Shown here one piece after another: positions 19,681 to 28,064 of a DNA stretch of 64,000 nucleotides. The DNA comes from an uncultured Eubacterium sp. (GTDB lineage Bacteria > Bacillota > Clostridia > Lachnospirales > Lachnospiraceae). A model generated the notes under the pieces. That model saw nothing but the letters and a program-made list of their open reading frames with translations, was not told where the DNA came from and ran no database searches. The stretch lies in the NCBI RefSeq assembly GCF_937958975.1, contig NZ_CALGRE010000045.1, positions 63,087-127,086 of the forward strand, in the 5' to 3' direction. Each line of letters begins with the position of its first letter. The first letter of the stretch is position 1. A program made the position numbers and the translations under genes.

Positions 19681-21480
19681 ATGATAGATAAAATTAGTAA
19701 AGAAAAGTGTACAGGCTGCAAGATGTGTGCAGATATCTGTCCGGTGAATGCAATTTATTATGAGTGTGATGAAGAGGGATTTTGGTATCCTAAGGTTGAT
19801 TATAATAAATGCGTAAAATGTAAAAAATGTTTACAGTATTGTCCCTCATTGAATATAGAAAAAGTTGATAGGAAAAATGAGCCTAAGGTGTATTCTGCAT
19901 GGAGTAAGGATGATGATATTAGGATATCCAGTACATCCGGTGGGGCATTTTATGAGATTGCCTTTAAATTTATGGAGAATGGGGGTGTCGTTGCAGGTTG
20001 TACATACGGTGATGACTGGAAGTCTGCGCACCATATGATTGCACATAATGAAGAGGAACTCTTAAAAATTAAAGGTTCAAAATATTTTCAAAGTGATACA
20101 GAGCAGATATATTCCGAGGTGAAAAAAGAATTAGATGAAGGAAAAAAGGTACTGTTCTGCGGAACACCTTGTCAGAATGCGGCTTTGAATATTTTTTTAA
20201 ATGGAAAATATAACAATATATATTATTTAGATTTTATATGCAGAAGTATTAACTCACCAAAAGCATTTAAGGAATATATTGATGAATTAGAGAGAGACCA
20301 CCATTCTAAAGTCGTAAATGTACATTTAAAGGATAAGACAAAAGGTTGGCAAAGTCTGGCTACCAGAGTAGAGTTTGAAAATGGAGAAGTTAGTTTAAAG
20401 GATAGAAATGAGGATTATTGGATAAAAGGTTTTATATTGAATGATTTATATACAAGAGAGTCCTGTTATCATTGTCAGTATAAAAAGCTGCCACGTTTTG
20501 CTTCTGATATATCGATAGGCGACTTTTGGGGTATTAAAAATAAATCAGACGAGGATATGTTTAAAGGAATATCCGTATTAATTGTTAATAGTGAAAATGG
20601 ACAAAAATTGCTAGATGAAGTTAAAGATAGATTTACTATAAATAAAATGGATATGGAAGATGTCTTACCGGGAAATCCGGCATTGCTCAAAAACCCCGTT
20701 AGAACAAAGAAACAGGATAAATTTTTTAAATTAATTAAAAAACATAGTTTTAGTGAAAGTGTAAGAAAATGCATACAACCTTCTAAGATAAGAATTTTGT
20801 GGAAAAGATTAAAAAGACCATTGCATATTATGAAAAAATTCATAATAAATCCGGATGAAATTAGTTGGAAAAAGTATATCTATTACAATTATTTCTGCAA
20901 GAGTATTATCAGAGAGGGAAATGGAAAGATAATACCGTACAAAAATGCAATCATTAATATTGATAAGACAGCAAAAATTTATGTCAGGGGTAGAAATATA
21001 GAATTTGGAATCAATAAGTTAAAAGGTTCTAAAGCAGAAACTCATATTAGAATAGAGGCAAATGCAGTGTGGGAATCTAATAATGGTTGCGGATTGTTCT
21101 ATAATACAGTTTTTGAAATGAAACCTAATTCTCATTTTTCCAGTGGTTATTTTACTGCAAATGGAGGAAGTGTAATTATTGTCGCTAAAAAGATGACTTT
21201 TGGGGAAGATGTTATGTTGGGGAGAAATATTATTGTATATGATAGTGATTTCCACAAGGTGTATAATTCCAATGGAGAAGTCGCAAAGCCGGAAGAGGTT
21301 GTTATAGAGGACCATGTCTGGCTCACCTCTAATATAACTGTTTTAAAGGGAGTAACAATTGGAAAAGATTCTTTAGTCACAGCTCAGACTGTAATAAGAA
21401 AAGACTTTCCGGAGAAGTCTCTTATAGGCGGAGGAGCAAGTGGAAAAGTGATTTCTAATAATGCTCATTGGGGAAGGTAA
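19681..21480 (+). CDS. fusion protein: 2x[4Fe-4S] ferredoxin + FrhB/FdhB-like (F420-hydrogenase beta-like flavoprotein) domain + C-terminal LbH acyltransferase domain
   Basis: CTGCKMCADICP...CVKCKKCLQYCP clusters; KGSKYFQSD and VLFCGTPCQNAAL FrhB-like motifs. The last ~150 aa carry hexapeptide repeats (FGEDVMLGRNIIVYDSD...VIEDHVWLTSNITVLKGVTIGKDSLV). ATG at 19681 follows AAGGTGG. Confidence 0.65.
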   Translation: MIDKISKEKCTGCKMCADICPVNAIYYECDEEGFWYPKVDYNKCVKCKKCLQYCPSLNIEKVDRKNEPKVYSAWSKDDDIRISSTSGGAFYEIAFKFMENGGVVAGCTYGDDWKSAHHMIAHNEEELLKIKGSKYFQSDTEQIYSEVKKELDEGKKVLFCGTPCQNAALNIFLNGKYNNIYYLDFICRSINSPKAFKEYIDELERDHHSKVVNVHLKDKTKGWQSLATRVEFENGEVSLKDRNEDYWIKGFILNDLYTRESCYHCQYKKLPRFASDISIGDFWGIKNKSDEDMFKGISVLIVNSENGQKLLDEVKDRFTINKMDMEDVLPGNPALLKNPVRTKKQDKFFKLIKKHSFSESVRKCIQPSKIRILWKRLKRPLHIMKKFIINPDEISWKKYIYYNYFCKSIIREGNGKIIPYKNAIINIDKTAKIYVRGRNIEFGINKLKGSKAETHIRIEANAVWESNNGCGLFYNTVFEMKPNSHFSSGYFTANGGSVIIVAKKMTFGEDVMLGRNIIVYDSDFHKVYNSNGEVAKPEEVVIEDHVWLTSNITVLKGVTIGKDSLVTAQTVIRKDFPEKSLIGGGASGKVISNNAHWGR

Positions 21481-21495
21481 AAAGAATTAAGAGAA

Positions 21496-21524
21496 AAAGT
21501 GCAGTATGGCTGCACTTTCTTTTA
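21496..21524 (+). terminator. rho-independent terminator after the biosynthetic operon
   Basis: Stem AAAGTGCAG (21496-21504) / CTGCACTTT (21510-21518), followed by a CTTTT tail. Confidence 0.6.
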
Positions 21525-21601
21525 TATAACTACCAGTTGACATCTTGTATATTATTTGAGAGAATTATAAACAATAATGTCTTATTATGTATGGAGGAAG
21601 A

Positions 21602-22432
21602 ATGAGAATAATAAAATCATTAATTGTTGTCATATTTTTGGCTGTTACTATCGTATTTTCGGTCAATTATTATAGAGAAAAAACAGCAAGCAATAATACA
21701 GCACCGACAATTGAATTTGGACAGGATTTATTAGAAGTATCTGTCAAGGATAAGGAAGATGTTTTGCTCAAAGATGTTATTGCCAAAGATGTTGAGGATG
21801 GAGATATTACAGACAGAGTTGTTATTGAAGGAATTTCAAAATTTGTCGACAAGAAAAATCATATCAGTAATATAACTTATGCTGTGGCAGATTCTGATAA
21901 TAATGTCGTAAAAAAAACAAGGCAGATTCAATATAAAGATTATTCAAAACCGCGTTTTACTTTATCACAGCCCTTATGTTTTGATGTAGGCTCTGATGTA
22001 AATGTACCGGATGTTTTAGGGGCGGTAGATGACGTGGATGGTGTTATTAACGAGAAAGTTAAAATTTTGTCCAGTATCGCTTCTACGAGAGTTTCAGGCT
22101 CTTATGTTATTACCGCACAGGTTACGAATAGTCTTGGAGCAACTTCTAAAATGAAGGCAACTGTTTCTATCAGACAGGGGAATAACCTAAGTCCGACAAT
22201 TCAGTTAAAGGAAAACATTGTTTATCTGGAAAAAGGGGATAAATTTGATGAGAAATCTTATATTAAGTCGGTCAGGGATAGTAAAGGAAAGAGTTTGTCA
22301 AAAGATTTAGTTAAAGTTGTAAAGTCATCAGTGAATACAAAGGCAGCAGGCAGTTATATGGTACAATATGCGGTAAGCCAAGAGGAGGGTTTTGAGGAAA
22401 CTACAAATCTTGTCGTGATTGTGGAGGATTAA
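21602..22432 (+). CDS. membrane-anchored protein with three tandem Ig-like (DUF5011-type) repeats
   Basis: N-terminal TM (IKSLIVVIFLAVTIVF). Three ~80-aa repeats share the pattern P.I........V..G......L..V.A.D..DG.I...V......GSY.V.Y.V. ATG at 21602 follows GGAGGA. Confidence 0.5.
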   Translation: MRIIKSLIVVIFLAVTIVFSVNYYREKTASNNTAPTIEFGQDLLEVSVKDKEDVLLKDVIAKDVEDGDITDRVVIEGISKFVDKKNHISNITYAVADSDNNVVKKTRQIQYKDYSKPRFTLSQPLCFDVGSDVNVPDVLGAVDDVDGVINEKVKILSSIASTRVSGSYVITAQVTNSLGATSKMKATVSIRQGNNLSPTIQLKENIVYLEKGDKFDEKSYIKSVRDSKGKSLSKDLVKVVKSSVNTKAAGSYMVQYAVSQEEGFEETTNLVVIVED

Positions 22433-22434
22433 GC

Positions 22435-23856
22435 ATGTCGAATAGAAAAATATTTAATATACGTAATATAGACCTGTATTCTCTCAGCAAAGATTTACTG
22501 CGTGGATTATGGATTGTAGTTATGGTGGGTTGCATTGGTGTTATGTTAACCTATACCTACATTAAAGATACTTATGAGCCTCAATATAGCAGTTCAGCCA
22601 TTTATGTGGTTACCCCAAGACAGAGTACAGGGTATGTTTATACGAACAAAAGATTTGCGGAAAATGTTATAACGGTATTTCAAAATCTTATGAATGCTGA
22701 TATTATGCGCACCCGTATTAGAAAAGAGCTCCATACAAATATTAATGATGCGAATATTACTGTTGATTTAATTACAGAGACAAACTTAATGAAGATTACG
22801 GTTGTCTCCGGAAATCCCGTGAAATCTTTTAAGATTATAGATGCTATTATGAATAATTATAACGAACTATCGGAATATTTGAATTCTGATGCGGTTTTTG
22901 ATACCCTGCGAGAGCCGGTAGTTTCAGAACATCCGGATAATGGGTTAACACCTCAGAAGAAGTCATTGGAAATGGGATTTTTTGCGGCGTTTATTACAGC
23001 TCTTATTTTATCAGTAATCAGCATAATGAGAAAAACCATAAAAACAGAAAGTGCTGTGGAAGAACAACTGGATACAACTCTGCTCGGAGCAATTTATCAT
23101 GAAAATAAGAACAGAACAATAAGAGCTAAAATAGTACAGAGGGTAAAAGTGTTGTTGATTACAAGCCCTATTATTTCAACAAAATTTATCGAATCGATTC
23201 ATAATATAAGAATTAAGATGGAGTATGAACATGAGAGACATCCGGAAAAGAATGTATATATGATTACAAGTGTATGCGAAAATGAGGGAAAGTCTACCGT
23301 GGCATTGAATATTGCTTTATCTTTTGCAAAAGAAGGAAAGAAAGTGATTGTGATTGATGCCGACATGAGAAAGCCGGCTATTGCCAAAATGCTGGATATT
23401 CCAAAAGATGAGATTGTAGATTTTATAAAACTTTTGCAGGGCGAATGTGGATTAGACGAGGTACTATATAAAGAAGAAAAAATGGGATTGAGAATTATTA
23501 TGTCTACAAAAGGACATGCCAGCACCCATGAATTGATGAAATCAGGGGCTATGAGAGACTTGATTTATAAGTGCAGCCAGATGGCAGATTATGTTGTTAT
23601 TGATACACCACCTATGGCATTAGTATCTGATGCGGAGGCATTGTGTGATGTGGTCGACTTTGTATCCATCGTAATTAGGCAGGACTATTCTTATGAAAGA
23701 GATATTGTGAATAGTATTAATCTGGTGAATGATTCGAATGCAAAGTTATTAGGTTGTATTTTAAATGATTATAAAGTATTTAGAGTGGATGCTAAAGCAC
23801 ATGCCTATGGGTATGGACAGAGTAATGAAAGGGCGGTAGAAATATATGACGAGTGA
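22435..23856 (+). CDS. Wzz-like chain-length-determinant domain fused to a BY-kinase (CpsC/CpsD-type fusion), copy 1
   Basis: Two TM segments flank a Wzz-like loop. Walker A ENEGKST, A' VIVIDADMRKP, B DYVVIDTPP. Short Tyr-poor tail (AHAYGYGQSNERAVEIYDE). Confidence 0.8.
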   Translation: MSNRKIFNIRNIDLYSLSKDLLRGLWIVVMVGCIGVMLTYTYIKDTYEPQYSSSAIYVVTPRQSTGYVYTNKRFAENVITVFQNLMNADIMRTRIRKELHTNINDANITVDLITETNLMKITVVSGNPVKSFKIIDAIMNNYNELSEYLNSDAVFDTLREPVVSEHPDNGLTPQKKSLEMGFFAAFITALILSVISIMRKTIKTESAVEEQLDTTLLGAIYHENKNRTIRAKIVQRVKVLLITSPIISTKFIESIHNIRIKMEYEHERHPEKNVYMITSVCENEGKSTVALNIALSFAKEGKKVIVIDADMRKPAIAKMLDIPKDEIVDFIKLLQGECGLDEVLYKEEKMGLRIIMSTKGHASTHELMKSGAMRDLIYKCSQMADYVVIDTPPMALVSDAEALCDVVDFVSIVIRQDYSYERDIVNSINLVNDSNAKLLGCILNDYKVFRVDAKAHAYGYGQSNERAVEIYDE

Positions 23857-25462
23857 TAATTTAAACCGCATTGGGAATACAAGTGAACCACAGACAAAAA
23901 GTCTGGCCGAAATTATGGAAAGTTTTATGGGAGCTTTTACAAAACTGTGGTGGATATCTATAGTATTAATGATTTTAGCAGGGATGTTGGGGTATTTTAA
24001 ATACAAAAGTGATTATGTTGCAATGTATCAGTCAGAAGTCACTTTTTCCATTACATCGCCGGAATATGATGGACCGGACGAAACCTATACAGATAACACA
24101 CAGTTAGCTTCAACACTAAGTGTAAGTTTTGATTATTTGATTAACAATGAAGTATTTTATGAAATTATTCAAAAAGACTTGGGACTAAATTATGTACCGA
24201 GTATTATAACTGTTTCAGCAGTTCCGAATACAAATATTTTAAGTATTATTGCACTGGGAAAAAACCCGGAATTAAACAATAAAGTAATAGATTCGATTAT
24301 CAATAACTATTCTGAGGTTGTGGAGTTTGTATTAGGAGAAACTAAACTTACAATATTAGAGCAGCCTATGGGAAGCGACGAGGCGATTAATGCGTATGAA
24401 CCTACTAAGGCTATTATAAAATATGGATTTATTGGTTTTATTTTGGGATTGTTGCCAAGTGTGGCATATGCATTTTTCGTAAGAACCATTAAGTCTAAGG
24501 AAGACATAGAGAAATATCTTAGCGTTACATGTTTTGGAATATTACCGGTTGTGAATGTAAACAGAAAAGAAAAAAATGCAAGCTGCTCTATATTAGATAA
24601 AAAGATTGGTTTTAGATACCTTGAGGCAATGCGTACAATTACATCACGTTGTGAGAGAGAATTAGAGAAGAATCAGTGCAAAGTGATTCTTATTACCAGT
24701 ACGCAGGAAAATGAGGGAAAAAGCACATTTGCAATGAATTTATCGTATTCATTATCCAAATTGCAGAAAAAAGTAATGCTTATCGATGGAGATTTGAGAA
24801 AACCGGAGCTTCGCAATAAAATTAACTCGGAATTGATAAGAGCTGATTTAGAAGATTATAGTATGGAACAATTTCTTAACAGGGAGGTTAAGAGCAATAG
24901 GGCAATAGCAAATATTAAAGATACAAGAGTTATTTTGTTAGCACCGAATAAGCCGGCTAAGAATACCGTGGATTGTTTAAATTCTTCCTCGATGGAAAAC
25001 TTTATTAAAGAGGGCAGAGATGTTGTAGATTATATTATTATTGACGCACCTCCCTGCAGCGGAATTTCAGATGCGGCTGTTTTGGCAAAATATAGTGACG
25101 GTGTGATTTATGTTGTAAAAGAGGATACAGCTAAAGTAAATAAAATTTTAGATACTATTCAGGAGTTTTCCTATACCAGGATACCTATTATTGGTTGTAT
25201 TTTAAATGGAAGTGTAGGCAGACTTAAACTTTCATATGGCTATGGAAAATATGGCGGTTATGGTTATGGAAAACGTTATGGCGGCTACGGTTACGGCTAT
25301 GGTAGTTATGGCGGATATGGCTATGGTGAATATGGGGAAGTATCAGACAAAGAATTTAGGACAAAACCACGAAAAGTATCAAAACATATTGCGCTGGAGA
25401 CCACAGAGGAACAGAAAAAGGCATTAGAAGCCGAGAGACAGAATAAAAAAGATGAGTTATAA
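23846..25462 (+). CDS. Wzz-like domain fused to a BY-kinase, copy 2, with a long Gly-Tyr repeat tail
   Basis: Walker A ENEGKST, A' VMLIDGDLRKP, B DYIIIDAPP. Tail SYGYGKYGGYGYGKRYGGYGYGYGSYGGYGYGEYGE, then a 40-aa charged extension. Confidence 0.8.
   Translation: MTSDNLNRIGNTSEPQTKSLAEIMESFMGAFTKLWWISIVLMILAGMLGYFKYKSDYVAMYQSEVTFSITSPEYDGPDETYTDNTQLASTLSVSFDYLINNEVFYEIIQKDLGLNYVPSIITVSAVPNTNILSIIALGKNPELNNKVIDSIINNYSEVVEFVLGETKLTILEQPMGSDEAINAYEPTKAIIKYGFIGFILGLLPSVAYAFFVRTIKSKEDIEKYLSVTCFGILPVVNVNRKEKNASCSILDKKIGFRYLEAMRTITSRCERELEKNQCKVILITSTQENEGKSTFAMNLSYSLSKLQKKVMLIDGDLRKPELRNKINSELIRADLEDYSMEQFLNREVKSNRAIANIKDTRVILLAPNKPAKNTVDCLNSSSMENFIKEGRDVVDYIIIDAPPCSGISDAAVLAKYSDGVIYVVKEDTAKVNKILDTIQEFSYTRIPIIGCILNGSVGRLKLSYGYGKYGGYGYGKRYGGYGYGYGSYGGYGYGEYGEVSDKEFRTKPRKVSKHIALETTEEQKKALEAERQNKKDEL
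25232..25339 (+). repeat. low-complexity (GGC/GGT-TAT)n coding repeat encoding the Gly-Tyr tail
   Basis: 36 codons containing 13 Tyr alternating with Gly. Visible as reiterated tatgg/ttatgg units in the DNA. Confidence 0.9.
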
Positions 25463-25955
25463 TAAAATTAGAAAATATGTCATAATATTATTTGTTATTT
25501 ATATGATACTATTGTTTATGGTACTGATTTTAAAGTTTCCAACCGGAATGATAAGCGAGAGTGTACAAGCATGGATTGGTGGGGGTGAGATAATCAGGTT
25601 AAAGCCACAATTTGTACCATTTGGTACTATTATTCCTTATATAGAACAGGCTCATGAATTATCCGATTGGTTTGTAAAAAATCTTGCGTGTAATATTATT
25701 ATGTTTATGCCGTATGGTTTTCTGTATCCCATTGTGACAAGGAAACAAGATTGTCTATTGATAAGAACTGTCTGTTCAGCATGTCTGTTGTCAGCAGGTA
25801 TTGAAATTACTCAATATATCACGGCATTTGGATGTTGCGATATTGATGATGTTATACTAAATACGTTAGGGGCTGTGATAGGATTTGGAATTTACCGTGC
25901 TGTGTATAAAAAAATAATAAATTTCATAGTTTTTCAAAAAAGAGAGAAAAACTAA
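25452..25955 (+). CDS. VanZ-family membrane protein
   Basis: Four or five TM segments. The C-terminal CCDIDDVILNTLGAVIGFGIYR motif is typical of VanZ-like proteins. Confidence 0.7.
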   Translation: MSYNKIRKYVIILFVIYMILLFMVLILKFPTGMISESVQAWIGGGEIIRLKPQFVPFGTIIPYIEQAHELSDWFVKNLACNIIMFMPYGFLYPIVTRKQDCLLIRTVCSACLLSAGIEITQYITAFGCCDIDDVILNTLGAVIGFGIYRAVYKKIINFIVFQKREKN

Positions 25956-25977
25956 CTGAGAAGTAGTATAATAAAAA

Positions 25978-26008
25978 CGCAGATAGAAAGAAATCTATCT
26001 GCGTTTTT
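25978..26008. terminator. bidirectional rho-independent terminator between convergent genes
   Basis: Stem CGCAGATAG (25978-25986) / CTATCTGCG (25995-26003), with an A-run upstream and a T-run (26004-26008) downstream. Confidence 0.8.
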
Positions 26009-26034
26009 GATAATTAATATTATAAAAAGAAAAT

Positions 26035-27228
26035 CTAAAATCCGCAACGTTTCATTAAATCTTTTGTTTTTGTTATTTTTGTATCTGTAATTTGATTCAT
26101 GGCTTTATAATTTAGTTTTGCTTCGTTTCTGGTGAAAAATAATCTTTTAAAATTCAATCTTATCCAGAAAAATGGAAGAAGCCAGGAATGTCGATTTAAA
26201 ATATTTCCATAATAATTAATCATTATATTTTTTGTAGGAAAGATTTTTTTTAGAAGAGATACTTTTGTATCATCCCGTTCTACGATATGATTGGTTTCCT
26301 GTTGTATCTTACTTCCAAATGCTCCGCCTGAAAAAATATAGGATTCCAACAATTGTAATGTTATTTTCTGGTCATTGTTTAATTTAGGTGATTTGGTATG
26401 AAACCAATTATCTGCCAAGAGTGTTATATTTTGTTCAAATTGAAGTAACCCGGTCTTTTTTAGTTCTTTTTCAATATATTTTCTGTCAAAGTTTTTATAT
26501 GCATTTTGGATTATGAATACATCTAAAACGTGAATAAGTCCGATGCCACCGTTTTTAAAATGTTTTGCCATATGGATGATATGATATAGATAAAAATCTT
26601 CATCAGACATCATATATTCATGTCCTTTTTTTAATATCAGTCTATTCCAGATATCACTCAAATAAGTGTGCCAGATTTCATAGCCTTCATCAATTAAGTC
26701 CGTCTGCATTTCAATTTTCATATATTGTGAGGTGGCTATCAGTGGCTTAATAAAAGAAACTTCTTTTGGTTCTCTGGCAGAGATTTTATATCCATTCTTT
26801 TCCATGATAGAAATTAAGGACTCTGTTTTATCTGCATGAATACGGTAAAATATATCTGTATCACTCATCACACGCATAGACGTATCCGGATAAAGATATT
26901 TTGTAACGCTTCCTTTGAGTAGAACATAGTCAATATTATTATTTTCAAATTCATTTTTTAAGTTATCAATTTCAAAAGAACGGTTTGCATCTAAAATTAA
27001 ATTCTTTTGATATGCTAGAAAATAATCATGAAAGTGAGGAATCATATTCTGAGTGGATGCAGGAAGTTTTTGCAGGCCGAAATATATAGTAGAGCAGATT
27101 TTGTGCTTTTTTGCTATCTTAAAAATAACCTCCCAATCAAGGTTATTCGTTGGATTGGGAGGTATACTATCTGAAACAGCACATTTTAATAACTGTAATA
27201 TGTAATTAAATTCATTTTTATATATCAT
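26035..27228 (-). CDS. uncharacterised nucleotidyltransferase-family protein (NTP_transf_5-like)
   Basis: LLKGSVTKYLYPDTSMRVMSDTDIFY (pol-beta-type NTase motif) and HMAKHFKNGGIGLIHVLDV helical motif, as I recall them for PF14907-type proteins. Confidence 0.55.
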   Translation of the reverse strand: MIYKNEFNYILQLLKCAVSDSIPPNPTNNLDWEVIFKIAKKHKICSTIYFGLQKLPASTQNMIPHFHDYFLAYQKNLILDANRSFEIDNLKNEFENNNIDYVLLKGSVTKYLYPDTSMRVMSDTDIFYRIHADKTESLISIMEKNGYKISAREPKEVSFIKPLIATSQYMKIEMQTDLIDEGYEIWHTYLSDIWNRLILKKGHEYMMSDEDFYLYHIIHMAKHFKNGGIGLIHVLDVFIIQNAYKNFDRKYIEKELKKTGLLQFEQNITLLADNWFHTKSPKLNNDQKITLQLLESYIFSGGAFGSKIQQETNHIVERDDTKVSLLKKIFPTKNIMINYYGNILNRHSWLLPFFWIRLNFKRLFFTRNEAKLNYKAMNQITDTKITKTKDLMKRCGF

Positions 27229-27261
27229 ACTGTCTCTCCGTAAATATTAATTGAAATCTGA

Positions 27262-27717
27262 TTATTCTTCATTGGCAATAGGGATACCGCGATGTTCAAC
27301 GGAAGTAGAGAAAACAATTTGTGTTTTGGTACTTCCAAAAGTCTGAAGTTCGCCGATAAAGTGGTCGAGTTCTTCGGTACTTTTAAACATAACTTCGATA
27401 AGCATTGCATAATCTCCTGTAACGCAGTTACATTCAACTACATTGTTACAGCTTTTGATATAAGGATAAAAATCCTTTTTCTGGTCAGGATTTACTTCAA
27501 GGTTAATAAATGCTTTGATGTGATATCCTAATTCGGCGGGATTAATTTTGGCGGTGTAGCCTGTTATAATTCCGACTTGTTCTAATCGCTCTATTCTGGC
27601 AGAAACTGCCGGAGAGGATAGAAAAACCTGGCTCGCAATTGTTTTAAGGGGGATGCGGGCATTTTCATGGAGGAGCTTAATAATCTGCTCATCAATGTGG
27701 TCTAATTCATGTCTCAT
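27262..27717 (-). CDS. Lrp/AsnC-family transcriptional regulator
   Basis: HTH (LDHIDEQIIKLLHENARIPLKTIASQVFLSSPAVSARIERLEQVGII) plus an RAM/AsnC_trans_reg C-terminal domain. ATG at 27717 follows AAAGGAG. Confidence 0.85.
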   Translation of the reverse strand: MRHELDHIDEQIIKLLHENARIPLKTIASQVFLSSPAVSARIERLEQVGIITGYTAKINPAELGYHIKAFINLEVNPDQKKDFYPYIKSCNNVVECNCVTGDYAMLIEVMFKSTEELDHFIGELQTFGSTKTQIVFSTSVEHRGIPIANEE

Positions 27718-28064
27718 AGTAGCACTCCTTTCTATCATATTTTTCAGTCGTTATTAATTTTGTAAAGTAAATAATTTACGATATACGTTTTGATTATATC
27801 ATATACTTTAAAAAATATACAATAACTTTCTCATACTTTAACATACTTATATATTTTTTAACAACTTTAATAAATTAGTAATTTTATTAACATAATAAAT
27901 ATAAAGTATTTATAGACATCATTTTCACTAAACATGGTGAAAAAACTCTCTTTTTCTTAGATAAAAAAATATTGATTTATTTGGATAAAAGTGGTAAGGT
28001 AGTGGATAATTAAAAAAGTTTGTTATATTTTTAACAAACATTGTTTGGCAAAGGAGGATTTATT

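Noticed and set aside
25236-25427. Alternative-frame ORF MAMENMAVMVMENVM... inside the BY-kinase tail.
   Set aside because: It is an artefact of the (GGN-TAT)n repeat read in another frame. The main frame continues a kinase with intact Walker motifs.
27801-27850. Three direct copies of CATACTT(T)A in the Lrp-hppA intergenic region, considered as possible Lrp sites.
   Set aside because: The motif is short and AT-rich in a very AT-rich region, and it does not resemble the Lrp consensus I know.
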